A DNA stretch of 64,000 nt from Macrostomum lignano (GCA_002269645.1 NIVC01000507.1:62001-126000), one strand, 5' to 3'. Counted from the first letter of the stretch, positions 1 to 12,191 are shown. Notes: generated by a model not told the origin, from the letters alone. A program made the numbers and translations.

Positions 1-501
1 CAGGCCCTCAATTGATAAAATGCGTACGAGCGGCAAGATAGATAGAAACAAAGAGTATTGAGGTCGCCTAGTATAGAGTGCCAATAAGGATGAAAATCTG
101 AAGCCGGTTTTTAGAATCCACCCACCCCCTCCGGTCACCAAGCTTTTTAGTCTATGGCACAAGTTGTGTATCGACGACGGCAACTGAGTCTGAGCGATGT
201 TGTCTTGCTTATTTGATACATGCATTTTCTAAGTGTGAAATGTCTTATATTTCTGAGCATCGGCTTTGTACACTATTCTAGCCACAACTTGTGCCATAGA
301 CTAAAAAGCTTGGTGACCGGAGGGGGTGGGTGGATTCTAAAAATAGGCTTCAGATTTTCTTCCTTATTGGCACTCTATACTAGGCGACCTCAATACTCTT
401 TGGATAGGAACAAGCACGAAACGATTGACGAGCTCTTGCTTTATTTCAACAAATATACGAGTAACGAACCAACGATTTAAACACGACTCCCAAACACATC
501 A
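1..501 (+). repeat. 5' LTR (partial)
   Basis: Matches 4577-5076 except for one base in a G-run (5 G here, 4 G in the 3' LTR); ends ...ACACATCA. Confidence 0.97.
49..402. mobile_element. Fold-back MITE-like insert inside the 5' LTR (120-bp terminal inverted repeats)
   Basis: 49-168 is the reverse complement of 283-402 with 3 mismatches; termini CAAAG...CTTTG; flanked by GATAGAAA (41-48) and GATAGGAA (403-410), a 7/8-identical putative 8-bp TSD. Confidence 0.8.
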
Positions 502-503
502 AT

Positions 504-516
504 TGGCGACGAGGAT
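504..516 (+). promoter_or_regulatory. Primer-binding site, probably tRNA-Ser(GCU)
   Basis: TGGCGACGAGGAT lies 2 nt after the LTR end and is complementary to the ...AUCCUCGUCGCCA 3' end I recall for metazoan tRNA-Ser(GCU). Confidence 0.8.
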
Positions 517-528
517 CGACGAACCACG

Positions 529-3500
529 ATGCCGCCAAAGGAGCAACCGAACGACCAGCGAACAATCCGAGTCTCTATCCCTCAGCCGTCAAGGTTTCTG
601 GAGCTTCCGGGCGAGCCGCCGATTAAATGGTCTGTCTGGCAGCGCGAAGTGGCCGACTTTTATTTTCTAACAGAGACGACAACAGGGTCTCAGCTGGCAG
701 ACGACTTTAAAAAAGCTTTTCTGCGGACGTCCCTGGGAGCTGAAGGACGGCGCATACTATATGCACATAACCTGCAAGAAGCCAGAGGACACCGGACAGA
801 GGGCGCTGAAGCGACAGAAGAGAAAGATGAGATCAGTTTTGACCAGTACGTTGAGCTGCTAAAGACAATATTCAGTAAGCCATCAAACCCAGTGCGTTCT
901 GAATACGAGTTCCGTAGACGAAAACAAGACACTGGAGAATCCGTCAACGATTATTTCACCGCCCTGCGGACACTCATATCGGACTGCGAATATGGAGCAG
1001 GCGAGGAGCGACAGCTAGCTATGCAGCTTGTAATCGGCTGTGCGTCCAAAACTACGCAGGAGAAGCTACTCACAGAGAGCAAAATTGACCTCCAGACGTT
1101 CCTCACAATCATGCGCGCGGACGAGACTGCAACGCAGACTGGAGAGATCATCAGAAAGGGTACTGATTTTCCAATACATCAGATTCAGCACACCAACACT
1201 AAGGACCGCCGACCGAATACGACGAAAACCTCAACGACAACCACGGATAAGACCAAGGGTCGTACAAAGCCATCGTGCATGGGCTGTGGATCGAACAATC
1301 ATGCTTACAAGGACGCTAAATGCCCAGCCCGAGGAAAGACATGCAAAGGATGCGGCAAGCTCAACCATTTTGCTTCCTAGTGCATCATATCCCAGCGAAG
1401 AGCCCAACAAAAGAACATCAGAATGGTCCAACGACAAATGCGATCTATCTACAATCACGGCACGCCAGTGATCGACGTCAGCATCGTGAACAAAAAGGAG
1501 AGCTACAAGGCACTGCTCGACACAGCCGCAGAAGTGTCCACGATCCGCATTTCCGACCTCAAGCGCATCTGGCCTGAATGTACAATTAAACCAGCTACAT
1601 CGGCGTTGAGGAACTATGACAATTCGGAAATCTCGGAAATCCTTGGCTGCATAACCGTAGATGTGAGTATTCTGAGTCGGGTCAGCAAAGCCAATTTGTT
1701 TGTGACAAAGAACCACCTAAAGCCAGTCGTTGGACTCGACCTGATTACAGCAATGGGACTAAAATTCGACGGATCTTCGATGAAGGTTTCAGCAGTTAGT
1801 GAACAGCCCTGCTCGATCATAATGAGTTCCCAAAGCTGTCAGACGAATCGCTTGGGACATTTCCAGGCTATGTTCACAAAATTACCATCAATAGCGACTC
1901 CGTCCCCAAGTGCACTCCTATACGGACGATTCTCCTAGCTCGGAAAGAGGCAGCCATCGAGGAGATCAAAAAGATGGAAAAGGCAGGCATCTGGAGCCAG
2001 ACTGAGAAGAGCTCATGGGTGAACGGGCTAGTAACCGTGTGGAAAGCTGACGGTGGAGTTCGGATCACAACCGACCTCTCTCACTTGAATAAATTCGTGA
2101 TACCCGACCGACACCCCGTCCCAAACATTAACGAATTGTTTTTGAAACTACACGGTGCCCGATACAAGTCCAAGATTGACCTGAACCGTGCCTATTTCCA
2201 CATTAAACTGGACGAAGAAAGCAAGCACCTGACAACGACAGCTACACCGATCGGACTTTACGCGTACAACAGATTGCCTATGGGTCTCGTCGACTCTGCA
2301 TCGGTTTTTCAACGATGCGTCAGCAACACGCTAAAAGATTGCGATCGCACGATTGCTTACATTGACGATATCCTCGTATTTGGAAGTACGATAGCGGAGC
2401 ACGACGAAGAGCTTCGAAAAGTGCTTAAACTCCTGCATGAAAAGGACTTCCGCATCAACACTGCGAAGTCTATGTTCCGCCACGAACGCGTACCGTTTTT
2501 GGGCTACATTATCAACGAACAAGGGCGTATAGAGTCTGACCCCGGGAAGCTAGCTGCGATAAACAACACGCCAGTGCCCAAGAACGTAACCGAACTGCGC
2601 TCATTCCTAGGTCTGATCAACTACCACTCGAATTTCGTCCCAGACCTTGCGACTGTAACTGAGCCACTAAGAAGGCTAACGAGACAAAACCAACGATTCG
2701 CCTGGACAAACGATCAACAAGGAGCGTTTGACGAGACAAAAAATTGCTGCAAGAACAGCTAGAACTCGCAATTTTCGACCCGAACCTGGTTACAATCCTA
2801 ACCACCGATGCTTCCGACGTGGGAATCGGAGCGGTGCTGGCACAGCGGCAGCCGGATGGTGCAGAAGTTCCGATCGCATTCGCCTCCCATACCCTATCCG
2901 AACGGGAGCGCAACTACGCTGTCAACGAGCGCGAAGCCCTTGCGTGTGTCTGGGCATGCGAGCACTTTGCCAAGTATCTAATTGGTCGACACTTCATACT
3001 ACAAACAGACCACTCAGCACTAACAAGTTTGCTGCAGCACCACAGCAACAAAACGAAGTCTGCAAAATTTACCCGGTGGCTAGTACGACTATCTGAGTTC
3101 GACTATGCGATTGAGTACAAACCAGGAAGCACGAACCGAGTGGCTGACGCACTCTCACGACTACCAGTTGACGATGGGGCGAAGTGCGTCGACATCGAAG
3201 ACGAGCTGACGATCAAAAGAATTCTGGCCTCAAATTCGAATAACATTTGTGCAAGAAGTCTCCAGGAGCTCACGAAAACCGACGAAACACTCCAGAAGGT
3301 CGCGGAGGCGATAAAGAGCTCTAGGACCATTGACAAAACGCAACCAGAGCTCAGGCCATTTGCACAGGTCCAACACGAACTGACAACTGCAAACGGAATT
3401 TTGTTTCGAGCTGAGAAAATCATTCCACCGAACAAACTGAGACAACAAATTCTAAGGCGTGCCCACGAAGGTCACCCTGGAATAGTACAAATGAAGCGAT

Positions 3501-4405
3501 TGCTACGACCAGCTTACTGGTGGCCTGGCATGGACGATGCAATCACAAACCATGTAAAATTCTGCCTACCCTGTCAGGACAGCGCCAAAGCACACAAGAC
3601 CATCGTACCGGACGGCGGACCAATCGACAAACCTGACCGACCTTGGTCAAAGCTGGCGATCGACATCACCGGCCCTTTTGCGACCGCCCCTCACAATCAG
3701 CGGTTCATTGTCGTACTAATAGATTATTTTTCATCATACCCAGAAGTCCTGCTAACTGGAGAGACGAGCTCGCCCAGGATAATCAAGTGGCCAACTGAGG
3801 TGTTCGATAGGTTCGGAAATCCTGATACGCTTGTTTCGGACAACGGAAGCAGTTTCGTGTCCAAGGAGATGAAGGAATTTCTGGCCACCCGAGACATACG
3901 GCAAGAATGCGTCCCACTTTACGAGCCGCGAAGAAACGGGAAAGTGGAGGTATTCAACAGAACACTGAAACATGCTGCTCAGACGTTTGAAGCAGACAAG
4001 AAAAGCTTCGAGAACGGAATACAGCAAACGCTATTTAGCTACCGCGCTACACCAAACGAAAAAAGGGACTCCCCAGCAAAACTTTTGCTCGGCAGGAACA
4101 TCCGAACAAACTTTCAACCCCGACAATCTATGGACAAGCCGGGTACAATACCAGATTTCATGGCCAATCGAGGACACCACACGACTTTCCGGAAGCATTT
4201 CAAAGTCGGCGACCTACATGTAGTACGCATACGATTGCTCCACGTACCAAAGGGCAAGTCGCCATTCACCTCCACCTTCCGCATCGACAAAGTCGTTGGA
4301 AACTTCACCTACCGGCTGGACAACGGGAAGATTTGGACAGCCCGAAACCTGGTTCCGTTCAGGCACCCACCACCGGCAGCAGTGGAGGTAAGCGGACATG
4401 CCTAG
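529..4405 (+). pseudogene. Disrupted gag-pol polyprotein (Gag, aspartic protease, RT, RNase H, integrase)
   Basis: Gag 529-1380 ends in a TAG within the second zinc knuckle (NHFAS*C) and continues in frame into the protease (LLDTAA). Frameshift near 1815-1825 into RT (YIDD); a second frameshift in an A-run near 2738-2743 into RNase H (TDAS, EREALA) and integrase (HEGH, CxxC, D-D-E, GPY/F-like tail). Confidence 0.92.
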
Positions 4406-4507
4406 TAGTATACAGCAGCAGCCTCAGCGCCGGTCGGAACGTCGGAACAAAGGCATCCCAGCCGAACGATGGATCTGTCAAATCTGAACTGTAACGCGAG
4501 CTTTTTT

Positions 4508-4522
4508 GAGGGAAGGGGAAGA
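4508..4522 (+). promoter_or_regulatory. Polypurine tract
   Basis: GAGGGAAGGGGAAGA immediately precedes the TG start of the 3' LTR. Confidence 0.9.
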
Positions 4523-5076
4523 TGATGTGTGGCTGTGAGCAGCCACGTATCAGTTTATGGGTAAACGCTTGGCTTACAGGCCCTCAATTGATAAAATGCG
4601 TACGAGCGGCAAGATAGATAGAAACAAAGAGTATTGAGGTCGCCTAGTATAGAGTGCCAATAAGGATGAAAATCTGAAGCCGGTTTTTAGAATCCACCCA
4701 CCCCCTCCGGTCACCAAGCTTTTTAGTCTATGGCACAAGTTGTGTATCGACGACGGCAACTGAGTCTGAGCGATGTTGTCTTGCTTATTTGATACATGCA
4801 TTTTCTAAGTGTGAAATGTCTTATATTTCTGAGCATCGGCTTTGTACACTATTCTAGCCACAACTTGTGCCATAGACTAAAAAGCTTGGTGACCGGAGGG
4901 GTGGGTGGATTCTAAAAATAGGCTTCAGATTTTCTTCCTTATTGGCACTCTATACTAGGCGACCTCAATACTCTTTGGATAGGAACAAGCACGAAACGAT
5001 TGACGAGCTCTTGCTTTATTTCAACAAATATACGAGTAACGAACCAACGATTTAAACACGACTCCCAAACACATCA
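4523..5076 (+). repeat. 3' LTR (554 bp)
   Basis: TGATGTGT...ACACATCA is a perfect 8-bp terminal inverted repeat; direct repeat of 1-501. Confidence 0.97.
4625..4977. mobile_element. Second copy of the fold-back MITE-like insert, in the 3' LTR
   Basis: Same inverted arms, arm mismatches and flanking GATAGAAA/GATAGGAA as 49-402, apart from the 1-nt G-run deletion. Confidence 0.8.
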
Positions 5077-5850
5077 GCTATGTCTGAGATTTTGAGGTTT
5101 CGTTATTCTAAGGTAAAGTTTTGATGGCTAATATAAAATAAAGTATAGATCGGTATATGAAAAAACATGCACCCCACATGGCTCCAAAAATATAGCGGAG
5201 CAACATGTAACAACAAGAACAACAAAGTCTTTGAGCTGTATTGGTGATGACTCATCGTCTCCTCAACCATGCTACAGAAAAAGACAGCAGAGATCGTGTC
5301 GCTTGGACCAGATCGAGCGACTTCTGGCTTTAATTTTTCAGAGATACGTCATAGAATATAATTACAACGCTGGTGAAAGGATTATACTTAATATTTATAC
5401 CACTATGAAATGAATAACGCATAAACAATTAAATTAAATCCTACAGGAGCAAACAGTTCGTCTAGCAGATATTTATTCTTGACTGTCAACTCTTAACGGC
5501 TTTAAACGCACTATTAAAACACAATCAGTTACCTAATGTGTAATTGGAGCAATTTTAGGAGAAAAACGGAGAGTATTATTTTTACAAGCGTAATTAATTT
5601 TTGTTTATTTTAGAATATCAACAACACATATTGTGTTACTATTTTATTTTAAATATCGTCAACGTCAGCTTCAATTTAAATAATTTCGTCGAATACAGTC
5701 AGCTGCGCGTACTGCCAAACAGAACGAAGACTCCAAGATCGTTTAGTATAGCTTTTATAAGAGAAGTAATCTTTATTCCATTGTTTTTTGTTGGTGCTTA
5801 AGTTGTTAAGTGTTTACCAATATATTTCAAGCAATTAACTTTCGTCAGAG

Positions 5851-8800
5851 ATGGCAGACACACATGAGATCGACCCTCTTTTTGAAGTAAAAAATAATTT
5901 TTATCTTGGAAATTATCAGCAGTGCATAAATGAATGCCAGAAAGTCAAGGTATGAAAAATGACGTTGAAACTGTATACTAAACTATTTTTATTTCTCATT
6001 GTCTTTGTGCTTAAAAAGTCATTGTTAAATTTAAGCATGCAATTTTACAATTTGATGTTGTCTATTCAAAATTTTGTGGTATTACATGAGTCAAAATATT
6101 ATTTTTTATATATCTTTGTTGGTCGAGGTAGCAAGTGGAATTAAAGATTGAAAGGATATTTCTGCAATAAAATAGTATCTACCTCTTATATAGGCCTAAT
6201 CATTTCTTTTTTGTAGAAAATTGAAATTTTGATATTGTTTAAATTAAATCAATATTAGGTGCAATTTTGTATAGGTTTTATACTCTAAAAGATGTTATTC
6301 ACACTAGAGTAGAATTTTCCTATGTGCATTAGGTTCTAGCAAAAATTCTAGTGAGCATTCAACATAATCTAGAGTACCAGGTTGCGGATGGTATGCATGT
6401 ACGCCGGAACTTTTCCGGCGTACAAAACGGCCACCCTAAGTCCTTGGCGTACACAATCGGCGTACACAACCCCTAGCGCACTTTGTTGGCGTAGACTATT
6501 GGCGTACACAAGTAACACAGCCACGTATACTTTTTTGGCATACAAATTTTGGTGAATAAATTCATGCCATGCATGAAAATTGTAATATAAATTAACATTT
6601 TTAAGTAAAGTAAAGGAAAATTAATATCGTCAGTGATAAACTTTTAGCTTCTTTTAAATTAATAATAAATAAAATTAGTGTAATTTTTTGCTAAGAGTAT
6701 TAATTTTGCATCATCTTTTTTGTAGGTATAATTTAGCTTTGTTTAAATTGAAAATATTCGTAATATTTTAAAAACACTTTTCATATGAAAGCCTTTCTTA
6801 GAAAACTCTACTCGTGAAAACCAAATGACCTTTTTTAGGAATTTTTGGTGTACATTTTAGTGCAACTTTTTGTTTTTGGCGTACACTGGCGTACAAAGTC
6901 CTTGACACCCGAATTTTTTCCGGCGTACACGGGTACATGATCCGCACACTGGCTAGAGTAGGGCCTTGCCTTAGGGTTTGGTTAGGCTAAATTTAAATGT
7001 GCAATTATTTAGGTAAACTGTAGTATTAAATTTTTATTTCAACTAATATATTAATATAAAATACTACTAATTGCATATTACTATAAAGAATTCATTAATG
7101 GTATCTTATTATGCTTAAAAATGTATCACCTTTGCAGCCTAGAATATAGATTTCAAAGATAGATTTAAAATATATAAAAGACCAATGATGAAATTTTTGT
7201 ACAAAATCATAGATATATAAGAGGCATTACAAAAGTTTTTAGCTACATCTAAATAGAAGCAGCTATGAAGTTGAAATTTTCATTGCTTCTCAAAGTGAGC
7301 AGACACTAGTATTCTAGGCTGCAGTCACCATGCACTGATCTAGCAACCACACAGTCGCAATGTGCCTAAGCGACAGAAAAAAGTCGCGACCATTTGCTTG
7401 CTGGTGCTCCTGTGTAACTAGTCAGCTTGCATAAGCCGATGTGATTGTGAAGGATTTTGGCAATTGCCAGCAAATGGATGCCCAGGGATGTCTCAATCTC
7501 CTTGTAGGTTATCTGCCTATCAGCTTCAACTAGCTGGCAGACACGAGAAACTGTTTCTGGTATTATGACAGTTGAAGGTAGGCCTGTACACTCCTCAACT
7601 TCCAATGAGTCTTGGCCACAACAAAACTTGTAGAACCATTTGCTGATGGTCACAAGCAATGGATCAGCTTTTGTGACATTGGTGGCAATCAAGGCTGCTG
7701 CAATAATCACAAAAGATCATAGCACAAAAGTGCTTGCAAGTCTAAGGTTTAATGTACACTGGGTTTAATGCCAGAAAAAATGACAAGACCTCATTTGTGA
7801 GCTAGGTTTGTGCACCAATACAAAAAATTATGATTTGACACAATATATACATGTTATATATGCTGGGATATACCCTAATACATATTAAAAAATGGTTAGA
7901 CCCTTGTTGTATGTTGGGAAATCCCAATGTATGCCAATCCTAGGAAATCCCAGCAGTTGTGTTGCCTTCTGAACTATGGCTTGGCTTGGCATATAGCTTG
8001 GCATACAAAGATTGCTAAGATAGCAAGTGGAACCAAGTTCCGAGTCCCTAGTCATTTTTTGTCTAGTTAGTGTACAAAAATAACTAAGTTTAATTTTAGC
8101 ATAGCCTCTGTATGCATAGTTCAAGTAGCTAAATTTTGGTCTAAAAAGAATATTTTGATCTAAAAAAGAATATCTCCTAGAAATGAATAAAAAACTGAAT
8201 TTAAAAATGTGAACTCAACTTTTAAAAAAATGTAAAGCTAAAACAAAAACATTTAAAATAAACTAGTTGTTTACAGTTCAATAGAATAGTAGTAAGTTTC
8301 TATTTACCTATTTTTGCAAAGATAAAAAAATCACAAACTTCAAAATATAGTTTTTAATGTTTTGTTTTTGTCTTGGCATATTTTTATGTGTGATATAAGT
8401 CCTTTAGCATACATAGGCATATAGGGGCTAGGAAAGCAAATTTTGTTCTGGCATACATAGGTACATGATCCTGAAACTTGGTGGTGAGGTCCCTTGTTGG
8501 ATTTGATGGTAGCAGTGCCATTATTGCTAGCCACAAGGAGGGAGGAGCACAGTCTCCCCCCCCCTTAAATTTGCCCTTGGTGCATTGTGCATGAAGATAA
8601 TTACAAATTTGTATGCCAAGGTCTACATTCAAATTGTCAAATATATAGCTAGACTACAATGCCAATAGGCCCTAACATTAGAAAATCTAATAAAATACAA
8701 AATAACACAAAGCTCAAAATAGCAGCTAAATACTTGAAGTTTATATATGAGCTATATATGCATTTTTTAAATTATGTTTTATTTTAGGTTATATAAAAAA

Positions 8801-11800
8801 TTGCATAATTAAAACTAGTGGAAACTTTATAGAAAAGCAGTGGCAAATCTAGAATTTAATTTTTGGGGGATAGTCCAAGTTTTGGGCACCAACATAAGTA
8901 TGAAGGGTGCCAATTTTTAAGCTAAGGGGCACAAATATGCATGTTTGGAGCAAAAAATCAAGTTTAGAGGCCAAAAAATGTGTGTAAAGAGTGAAAAATC
9001 AAGTTTAAAGGGCACAGATTTAGATTTTTAGGGAGCACAATATGTTCTATCAAAGTATTTTGGTTGGGGGGGGGGGAGGCAACCATCTAAAATTTTACAT
9101 GCTGCATATATCAATGATACACTTTGTGATACAATTACATCAATTTCCAATTCATGTTGCCGAGAGATCATTTAAAATGTTGACACCTCAATCTTTGCAT
9201 GCTTTATTTTTATCAATTTTCATTAAATAACGATTTAATAAAAGTTGACATTTTGTACTTTAAAAATTCTGAATTGCATCTAAAGTGCTAACAATAGAAT
9301 TTGCGACTCTAGTGACGTGATGGCAACTTAGTGGTACAAATTCACCTGTGGATGACTCAAATTCCAATTCCATAGACAGCCGACAGTCAGCTGACCACTC
9401 AGCGCGATGCATTTCTTTACCGAGCCTACATTGGCCAGCGCAAATACGCTGTAGTGCTGGACGCTGTGAACCGGAGCTCAGCAGCTGAGCTGCAGTCTGT
9501 CCGGCTGCTGGCCGACTATTTGGCTTCGCCGGACAAGCGGCCGTCGATTCTCGCCAGCCTGAATGAGAAAATGAGCGGCAGTCTGGGCGAGAATGATTAT
9601 ATCAGTCTGCTCATGGCGGCCACCGTGTTCCTCTATGAGAATGTGAGACATGGGAACAGCTCCCAGATCCTCAGTTGCTGGGCCAGCCTCCCAGATCCTC
9701 AGTTGTTGGGCTACCAGCCTCCCAGATCCTCAGTTGCTGGGCCAGCCTCCCAGAACTCAGTTGTTGGGCTACCAGCCTCCCAGATCCTCAGTTGCTGGGC
9801 CAGCCTCCCAGATCCTCAGTTGTTGGGCTACAAGCCTCGCAGATCATCAGTTGTTGGGCCAGCCTCTCAGATCCTCAGTTGCTGGGCCAGCCTCCCAGAT
9901 CCTCAGTTACTGGGCCAGCCTCCCAGATCCTCAGTTACTGGGCCAGCCTCCCAGATCCTCAGTTACTGATCCAGCCTCTCAGATCCTCAGTTCAGCTGGG
10001 CCAGCCTCCCAGATCCTCAGTTGCTGGGCCAGCCTTCAACATCTTTAGTTCCTCGCTATTTCTTAGATACAGCTCATAAAAATAACAATGTAAAAATATT
10101 TTCCCAAACCCCCTTTCCAAGGACTCCGACTCTGCGCTGCGCCTGCTGCACCAGACTGAGCACATCGAGTGCCTGGCCCTGGCCATCCAGACTCTGCTCT
10201 CCATCGATCGGCCGGACGTGGCCCGCAAAGAGCTGGCCAGAATGCAGGTTGGCTAGCGAATTTTTTTTAATAATTACATATTAAATTAATCACTGCATGT
10301 ACTCGGACTTACTATTAGTAGCTTAGTAGTACTATTTGCCGATTTTTTTGCATAAAAACTGTCAATTTCCTGTTTATAAAGTTTGTATAATATTTAGTAT
10401 TATTAGTATCGAATATATTAATTTCTTTTGACTATACTATAAACTTTAGGCTTTCTCGGAGGTACGTATTTTAATTTTAGTCTAACTGGTTTAATATTTA
10501 TTTGTTTATAGTTAAATGTTGCATAAAATTGCTGTAATTTATCGTTGGGGTCTCAGTTGAACTAGTTAATGTTGATTTTTATTGCTACTAACAAATCAGT
10601 AGCATAGCGAATATTTATGTATCGAATTCTAAAAGAAAGTATCAAAACACAACAGGCAGTAGACGAGGACTCCACGCTGACCCAGCTAGCCACTGCTCAA
10701 GTTGGCATTCACTCTGGAGGCGGTGAGAAACTACAGGACGCATTTTACGCCTATCAAGAGTTGATTGACAAGTATGGCAGCACCAGTTCTCTGCTCAATG
10801 GCAAGGCTTCAGCTCTCATGTGTCTTGGCCGCTGGGAGGAGGCCGAGCCCGTGCTGCAGGAGGCTCTGGACAAAGACTGCAATCACCCGGACACGCTTGT
10901 TAATATGATTGTGCTGTCGCAGCATCTGGGCAAGGAGGCCGACGTGTGCGGTCGGTATGTGTCTCAGTTGAAGGACTCGTACCGGTCGCATCCCTGGGTG
11001 CAGGACTTCATTGCCAAGGTATGAGTGTAGCTGCTTGTTTCTGTCTGTGTTTGTGTCTGTTTCTGTCTGTGTTTGTGTCTGTTTCTGTCTGTATTTGTGT
11101 CTGTTTCTGTCTGTGTTTGTTATCTGTTTCTGGCTGTTTTGTTATCTGTTTCTGTCTGTGTTTGTTATTAGTTTCTATCTGTATTGGTGTCTGTTTCTGT
11201 CTGTATTTGTCTGTTTCTGTCTGTATTTGTTCTGTTTCTGTCTGTATTGGTGTCTGTTTCTGTCTGTATTGGTGTCTGTTTCTGTCTGTGTTTGTGTCTG
11301 TTTCTGTCTGTGTTTGTTTCTGTTTCTGTCTGTATTTGTGTCTGTTTCTGTCTGTATTTGTGTCTGTTTCTGTCTGTATTAGTGTCTGTTTCTGTCTGTG
11401 TTTGTTATCTGTTTCTGGCTGTTTTGTTATCTGTTTCTGTCTGTGTTTGTTATTAGTTTCTATCTGTATTGGTGTCTGTTTCTGTCTGTATTGGTGTCTG
11501 TTTCTGTCTGTATTTGTGTCTGTTTCTGTCTGTATTTGTGTCTGTTTCTGTCTGTATTGGTGTCTGTTTCTGTCTGTGTTTGTTATCTGTTTCTGGCTGT
11601 TTTGTTATCTGTTTCTGTCTGTGTTTGTTATTAGTTTCTGTCTGCATTGGTGTCTGTTTCTGTCTGTATTTGTGTCTGTTTCTGTCTGTATTTGTGTCTG
11701 TTTCTGTCTGTATTGGTGTCTGTTTCTGTCTGTATTGGTGTCTGTTTCTGTCTATATTTGTGTCTGTTTCTGTCTGTATTTGTGTCTGTTTCTGTCTGTA

Positions 11801-12191
11801 TTAGTGTCTGTTTCTGTCTGTGTTTGTTTCTGTTTCTGTCTGTATTTGTGTCTGTTTCTGTCTGTATTTGTGTCTGTTTCTGTCTGTATTAGTGTCTGTT
11901 TCTGTCTGTTTGTTATCTGTTTCTGGCTGTTTTGTTATCTGTTTCTGTCTGTGTTTGTTATTAGTTTCTGTCTGCATTGGTGTCTGTTTCTGTCTGTCTG
12001 TATTTGTCTGTATTATTGTCTGTTTCTGTCTGTCTGTATTTGTCTGTATTATTGTCTGTTTCTGTCTGTCCGTATTTCTATCTGTTTCTGCTAATCCTTC
12101 CTTACTATTTCTGTTCGGCAACTTCGCATTTCAGGAAGCGGAGTTCGATAAGATCAGTTCGAACTACCGGGAGTCGGTGGCCAGCAACTAG
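5851..12191 (+). CDS. COPE: Coatomer subunit epsilon (5 exons)
   Basis: Exons 5851-5949 ([33 protein letters not shown]), 9376-9642 ([15 protein letters not shown]...), 10122-10247, 10656-11018 ([12 protein letters not shown]...[10 protein letters not shown]) and 12135-12191. All introns are GT-AG and phase 0; clear similarity to remembered epsilon-COP motifs. Confidence 0.95.
6377..6952. mobile_element. Non-autonomous DNA transposon (MITE, 8-bp TSD, hAT-like) in COPE intron 1
   Basis: Perfect TSD CTAGAGTA at 6369-6376 and 6953-6960; imperfect TIRs CCAG(GT/TG)TGCGGAT...; repeated subterminal GGCGTACA motifs; AT-rich core. Confidence 0.85.
7413..7650 (-). pseudogene. Degraded Tc1/mariner transposase N-terminal (HTH) fragment
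   Basis: [23 protein letters not shown]...[20 protein letters not shown]...[11 protein letters not shown] resembles the mariner WF..F..G..SL.D..RSGRP...DRRIT..EI...LGI...ILH..LG..K motif; no DDD domain follows. Confidence 0.8.
9658..10034. repeat. About 28-bp minisatellite (CCAGCCTCCCAGATCCTCAGTTGCTGGG) filling COPE intron 2
   Basis: Visible tandem units; same family as 28880-29722 and related to 30602-31052. Confidence 0.95.
11030..12075. repeat. TCTG-rich ~20-bp minisatellite (TGTCTGTTTCTGTCTGTATT) in COPE intron 4
   Basis: Visible tandem units; the low-complexity ORFs here are artefacts. Confidence 0.95.

Larger units (their letters stand above)
1..5076 (+). mobile_element. Ty3/Gypsy LTR retrotransposon (Mag-like); 5' LTR truncated by the window edge
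   Basis: Direct repeats at 1-501 and 4577-5076; PBS after the 5' LTR; PPT before the 3' LTR; domain order gag (two CCHC-type knuckles), protease, RT (YIDD), RNase H, integrase, which is the Gypsy order. The CPARGKTC knuckle resembles the Mag clade. Confidence 0.97.

Noticed and set aside
169-282. Possible ribozyme (hammerhead) in the LTR hairpin loop
   Set aside because: The CUGANGA...GAAA core with its supporting stems is not present.
220-480. 86-aa ORF and its near-mirror at 4574-4801 (minus)
   Set aside because: A by-product of the inverted repeat in the LTRs; no coding signature.
1378-1386. Programmed gag-pol stop readthrough
   Set aside because: The stop interrupts a zinc knuckle, and the context (UAG UGC) lacks known readthrough signals such as CARYYA; a nonsense mutation is more parsimonious.
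5160-5413. Short ORFs between the 3' LTR and COPE
   Set aside because: No recognisable motif or splice partner.
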